In this document: positions 61,692 through 64,000 of the stretch, piece after piece
How positions within the stretch are numbered: position 1 is the first letter of the stretch
Layout of the letters: each line of letters begins with the position of its first letter
Source of the DNA: an uncultured Acidobacteriaceae bacterium
GTDB taxonomy: Bacteria; Acidobacteriota; Terriglobia; Terriglobales; Acidobacteriaceae
Length of the DNA stretch: 64,000 nucleotides
NCBI GenBank assembly: GCA_963835345.1
Contig: CAWIFG010000001.1
Span: 312,768 to 376,767, forward strand
Reading direction: 5' to 3'
Position numbers and translations under genes: made by a program
The notes under the pieces: generated by a model
Database searches by the model: none
Told to the model about the DNA's origin: nothing
The model's input: the letters and a program-made list of their open reading frames with translations, nothing else

Positions 61692-64000
61692 ATGGCACCT
61701 GCACGCTAAGTCCGCCCGCAAGTCAGCAACAACCAAAGCCGCCGCAAAATCTTCCGCAAAGAAAACCTCCGCAAAAGCAGGAGCAAAGAACGCCGCGAAG
61801 CGCGCCACAACGAAATCCAGGACGAAGAAGTCCAGCAAAACCTGCTCGCGCCGCAAAGGCACCTCTCTCCGCCGCAGACTCCGTCGACGAACAACTCGCG
61901 CGCTATCGCTCCATGCGCGACTTTCACATCACCGCCGAACCCTCCGGCTCCCCCCGCGCCAAAGCCGCCACCGCCGACGAAAACGCCCTCCCGTTCGTCA
62001 TCCAGAAGCACGCCGCCTCGCACCTCCACTACGACTTCCGCCTCGGCTGGAACGGCGTTCTCAAATCCTGGGCCGTTGCCAAAGGCCCCAGCTACGTCCC
62101 CGGCGACCGCCGCCTCGCCGTCCAGGTCGAAGACCACCCCATGGAGTACGGCGGCTTCGAGGGCATCATCCCCAAAGGCCAGTACGGCGGCGGCACCGTC
62201 ATGGTCTGGGACCAGGGAACCTGGCGTCCGCAGCCCGGCTATGAAGACGTCTCCGAAGCCCTCCGCAAAGGCTCGCTCAAGTTCCTCATGGACGGCGCCA
62301 AGATGCACGGCAAGTGGACCCTCGTCCGCATGGGCCCGAAATCGTCCAGCTCCTCCGGCTCCCGCTGGGGCTCCTCCGACAAGCCCAACTGGCTCCTCAT
62401 CAAAGAGCACGACGACTTCGAGCGTGGCCCCAACGACCCCGCCATCACCGACGCCGAACCCAACTCCGCCGTCACCGGCCGCACCATGGACCAGATCGCC
62501 CACGAGAGCGACCACGTCTGGAACTCCAAAGAAACCGCTGGCACCGGCCGCGCCTGGTACCGCCGCGACGCTCCACCCGGCCAGAACGGCTCCTCATCCA
62601 GCACCTCAGCTTCTGCGCGCAACTCCAGCGTAGGACCAAAGTTCGACATCACCCCTCGCCGCCCTGCCAAGCCGGGTGCCCCATCTTCGCGCGCGCCGGG
62701 CGCTAAAAGTACTGCGCACAGCGCGACCAGCGCGAACCGCGCGAGCTATGCCAACCTCCCCGCCGAATCCCAGCCCGCCTTCGTCCCTCCCCAGCTCGCC
62801 GAAGAGACCTCCGCCACCCCCGACGGCCCTGACTGGCTGCACGAGATCAAGCTCGACGGCTACCGCATGCAAGCCCGCAAATCCGGCAGTCGCGTCCAAC
62901 TCCTCACCCGCAAAGGCCTCGACTGGACCCATCGCATGCGCGCCGTCGCCGACGCGATGGCCGCGCTTCCTGCGGACAAGTTCACCGTCGATGGCGAAGT
63001 TGTCGTCCTCGACGACAACGGCATCTCCTCCTTCGCCAACCTCCAGGCCTCCTTCAACGACGGCGAGCGTTTTCCCCTCACCTACTTCGTCTTCGACCTC
63101 CTCCACCTGGACGGCCACAACACCCGCGACCTCACCGTCCGCGAGCGCAAGCAGCTCCTCGCCAAAATCATCCCCTCCACCGCCGACGGCACCGTCCGCT
63201 TCAGCGACCACATCGACGGCAAGGGCCCCGAGATCTTCCACCAGGCCTGCAAGCTCGGCACCGAGGGCATCATCTCCAAGCGCGACGTCCCCTACCGCTC
63301 CGGCCGCTCCGCCGACTGGCTCAAATCCAAGTGCCTCCTCGAGCAGGAGTTCGTCATCGGCGGCTACACCGACTCCACCGAAGGCCCCGGCCGCATCGGC
63401 TCGCTCATCCTCGGCGTCTACGAAAACGACAGCCCCCACCAGTCCAGCAGCCCCCCGCTCCTCTACGTCGGCCGCTCCGGAACCGGCTTCACCCAGAAGC
63501 TCAAGCGAAGCCTTTACGAAAAGCTGCATACGTTGGAAACAAACAAGATGCCATTCGCCCGGCAGCCGCAGGATATCCGCCGCGGCTACCACTGGGTCCA
63601 GCCCAAACTCGTCGCCGAAGTCCGCTTCGCCTCCTGGACCGCCGACAACAACATCCGCCAGGCTGCCTTCCTCGGCCTCCGCGAAGACAAGTCCCCGCAC
63701 GAAGTCGTCCGCGAAGTAGCCACCGTAAAACCCAAATCCGACCGCTCAACTCGCAACTCGAATCTCGAATCTCGAAGCTCAAAGCAAGAATCGGGTGCCC
63801 CATCTTCGCGGACGGCTTCATCGTCCGCTAAGGTGGGTTCGACCGTCGACCTCCCCGCCACCCTCCGCCTCACCCACCCCACCAAGCTCCTCGACCCCGA
63901 ATCCGGCCTCACCAAGCGCCAGCTCGCCGCCTACTACCTCACCGTCGCCGACCGCATGCTCCCCCACATCATCGACCGCCCGCTCTCCCTCGTCCGCTGT
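61692..64000 (+). CDS. ligD: DNA ligase D (phosphoesterase-ligase-polymerase), truncated by the window edge
   Basis: Manual translation: YRSMRDF, QKHAASHLHYDFRL, HEIKLDGYR, EGIISKR, LTHPTK; Lys/Ala-rich N-terminus with frameshifts. Confidence 0.93.
62672..62707 (+). repeat. GGGTGCCCCATCTTCGCG element in frame in the ligD PE-ligase linker
   Basis: Encodes PGAPSSRAPGAK. Confidence 0.7.
63750..63838 (+). repeat. Heptamer repeat (CTCGAAT, 5 units) plus a complete GGGTGCCCCAT hairpin, in frame in the ligD ligase-polymerase linker
   Basis: gggtgccccatcttcgcggacg-gcttcat-cgtccgctaaggtggg encodes GAPSSRTASSSAKVG. Confidence 0.8.

Overview
This is a GC-rich chromosomal window that looks acidobacterial, inferred from tandem Acidobacteria-type VWA genes, a split atp operon and the palindromic repeat families. 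Contents: a secreted Gly/Thr-rich protein, HTH_17, an MBL hydrolase, fadD, cysK, two VWA proteins, a K+-independent H+-PPase, a beta-propeller + MoaD/ThiS pair, DUF1015, thiG, a CsoR / leader ORF / porin / PepSY-TM / CADD-like locus, pilD, a complex I operon lacking nuoB and nuoI, atpZIBE, lysS, ymdB, a Tat-exported glycoside hydrolase, glcDEF-FAH-aceB, Ku and ligD. Many single-base frameshifts (fadD, nuoD, nuoF and most genes after ~48.7 kb) are best read as sequencing errors. The most notable unexplained signals are: (1) a self-contained ~215-nt transcription unit at 21567-21816 (-) with its own promoter, a near-perfect complement of the 16S rRNA 3' end, a 16-codon ORF, a long hairpin and a terminator; (2) REP-like palindromes that nest in each other and are translated in frame inside proteins; (3) a Cys-containing leader ORF with an internal terminator upstream of a porin; (4) about ten apparently leaderless genes; (5) extra small genes inside the nuo operon. 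No tRNA, rRNA, CRISPR array, prophage or transposase was recognised.
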